From: Trichosphaerium sp. ATCC 40318 | Taxonomy: Eukaryota; Protista; Tubulinea | Assembly: GCA_038496445.1 (NCBI GenBank) | Contig: JALMLS010000593.1 | Location: 186,001 to 250,000, forward strand | Length of the DNA stretch: 64,000 nt | Direction: 5' to 3' | Part shown: piece after piece, positions 62,753-64,000 of the stretch | Layout of the letters: each line of letters opens with the position of its first letter | Numbering within the stretch: the first letter of the stretch is position 1 | The notes under the pieces: model-generated | What the model was told of the DNA's origin: nothing | What the model saw: the letters and a program-made list of their open reading frames with translations, nothing else | Database searches by the model: none | Position numbers and translations under genes: made by a program

Positions 62753-64000
62753 ATGAATCGTTTGGAAGCCCTACATAGGCAGGCAGAGAAGAAACGGGTA
62801 CGTTTTAGTGGAATTTTAATGTTTACGCGTATAGGCTATTGCCCTCAAAGCATTGAGCGACTTCAACATGATCCAAGCAGAAATTGCGAAGCAAACGGGC
62901 CAAAAGCGAAAACGTTGTATAAAAGAGGATCTCCAAGCGTGTTGTACCTGCGGTTGCTGTAAAGAGCCTCCAAAGAAGCGAAGATCACCAGGTATTAATG
63001 TCAAGTGTCAACTGATTCCTAACTTTGTTTGTACTGAAGAAAAAAATACACTAGACAACAGTACTGTGTATGACGATTTTGATGGTACGTCTAAAATCAC
63101 AATTTGAGGAAAATAACATTCAACCAGATGACTTGCAACTCAAGAAATCATCACCTTGGCCTACACCCAAAAACCCACTTGTAATAAAACATAAGAAGAA
63201 AACCTCAAAGAAATTCTTTAAGAAAACACCAACAAAACCAAAGAAGCAATCTATGATATCCTTTGAAGCAGTGACTACGACATACACGCCGAAAGAAGAG
63301 ATCAACCGATATATAAGTAACGATCAATCACCTTCACCGAAATACAAGCGTAAATACAATGCAACAAAAGTCAGCCCAAAGACGAAGAAGTCTCCAAGAC
63401 AAAAGAAGCGAAGCATGGATGACACATTTAAAACTACGCTTCCTGATCAATACAAAACTGTAGATCAAAATGTTTTTGAGTTTGAGACATTCAAGAAAGT
63501 AGTACTCACTAGTAAAAGGTATAAAAATGCACGTGTTGTTTATGAAAATCTTACTAACTTTATCATGTTAAAAGTGTATTTTTGGGAGCTATTTGGGCTA
63601 ACGATGTCACCAACTTCAGGATACCTGTGTTCAGGGTAAGTTTATTCTATAGATATGTTGTATATATGTCTAAGATGCAAGTAGCGTGATGCAGGAGATG
63701 ACAAAGAGGATGTTGTCAATTTAAGCGAGCAATTAGAAGCTTTTTGTTTCACAGGACTTGGCTATGATGCTTTTTGCATTATGCAGTTTAATGATGAAGG
63801 AGAGGTATCCTTTAAAGATAAACTATCTTTCATTAAGGATATTCTATCACAAAATACATTGAGTAAGATATCCTTCAATGTACAGCGCATATTGAGGACA
63901 CTGTATACGCATACAGGCCCAAATAGTAAGTTAAATACAAGCATCTTCGTTACTAATTTCATAAATAGTTTCAGTTATCAATGTCTTTGACACTATGGTT
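62753..64000 (+). CDS. Hypothetical basic protein, 5' part (runs off window)
   Basis: Spliced exons MNRLEALHRQ..., Cys cluster CCTCGCC, PPKKRR NLS-like motif, Lys/SP/TP-rich region. Confidence 0.6.

Noticed and set aside
63806-63814. GTATCCTTT, a second possible U12 donor (also ATATCCTTT at about 26058)
   Set aside because: Lies in an open exon frame (the 26058 copy is intergenic) with no matching CCTTRAC branch site downstream
1-64000. Alternative genetic code or stop readthrough to explain fragmented ORFs
   Set aside because: Breaks in conserved genes are explained by short introns; TAA, TAG and TGA all terminate genes
1-64000. CRISPR arrays, rRNA, transposase/RT/Fanzor genes
   Set aside because: No repeat-spacer arrays, rRNA sequence, or DDE/RT/RuvC motifs seen

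Overview
Gene-dense, AT-rich eukaryotic nuclear DNA, probably from an amoebozoan-type protist (inference from gene content and intron style). It uses the standard genetic code and has very many short spliceosomal introns (mostly ~35-60 nt, GTAC/GTAA...YAG/AAG), so the ORF track shows only exon fragments. All gene models were spliced by hand and internal exon boundaries are approximate. About 30 protein genes are present: tyrosine kinase, cytochrome b5 reductase, PrmC/HemK, NUDT19-like, TSC1/hamartin, prolidase, eIF2B-delta, UBC7, 5'-nucleotidase, RCC1-kinase, PAK/STE20 kinase, LDAH, MAF1, VIT-vWA, QCR7, CHMP1, BAR-SH3, uS17m, ATG4, WD40, ADA2, ACSS3-like and several unknowns. Most notable observations: (1) two paralogues built from a ~76-aa tandem Trp-rich repeat, one fused to a Vsr/DUF559/RAP-like PD-(D/E)xK nuclease domain and one nuclease-less with an SV40-type NLS, a candidate modular repeat-guided nuclease system; (2) a ~240-nt structured, possibly pseudoknotted ncRNA candidate just upstream of the nuclease gene; (3) a consensus U12-type (minor spliceosome) intron; (4) a box C/D snoRNA candidate in a 3'-UTR intron, plus other long folded introns; (5) a frameshifted F-box-like/MORN-variant repeat gene resembling giant-virus genes.
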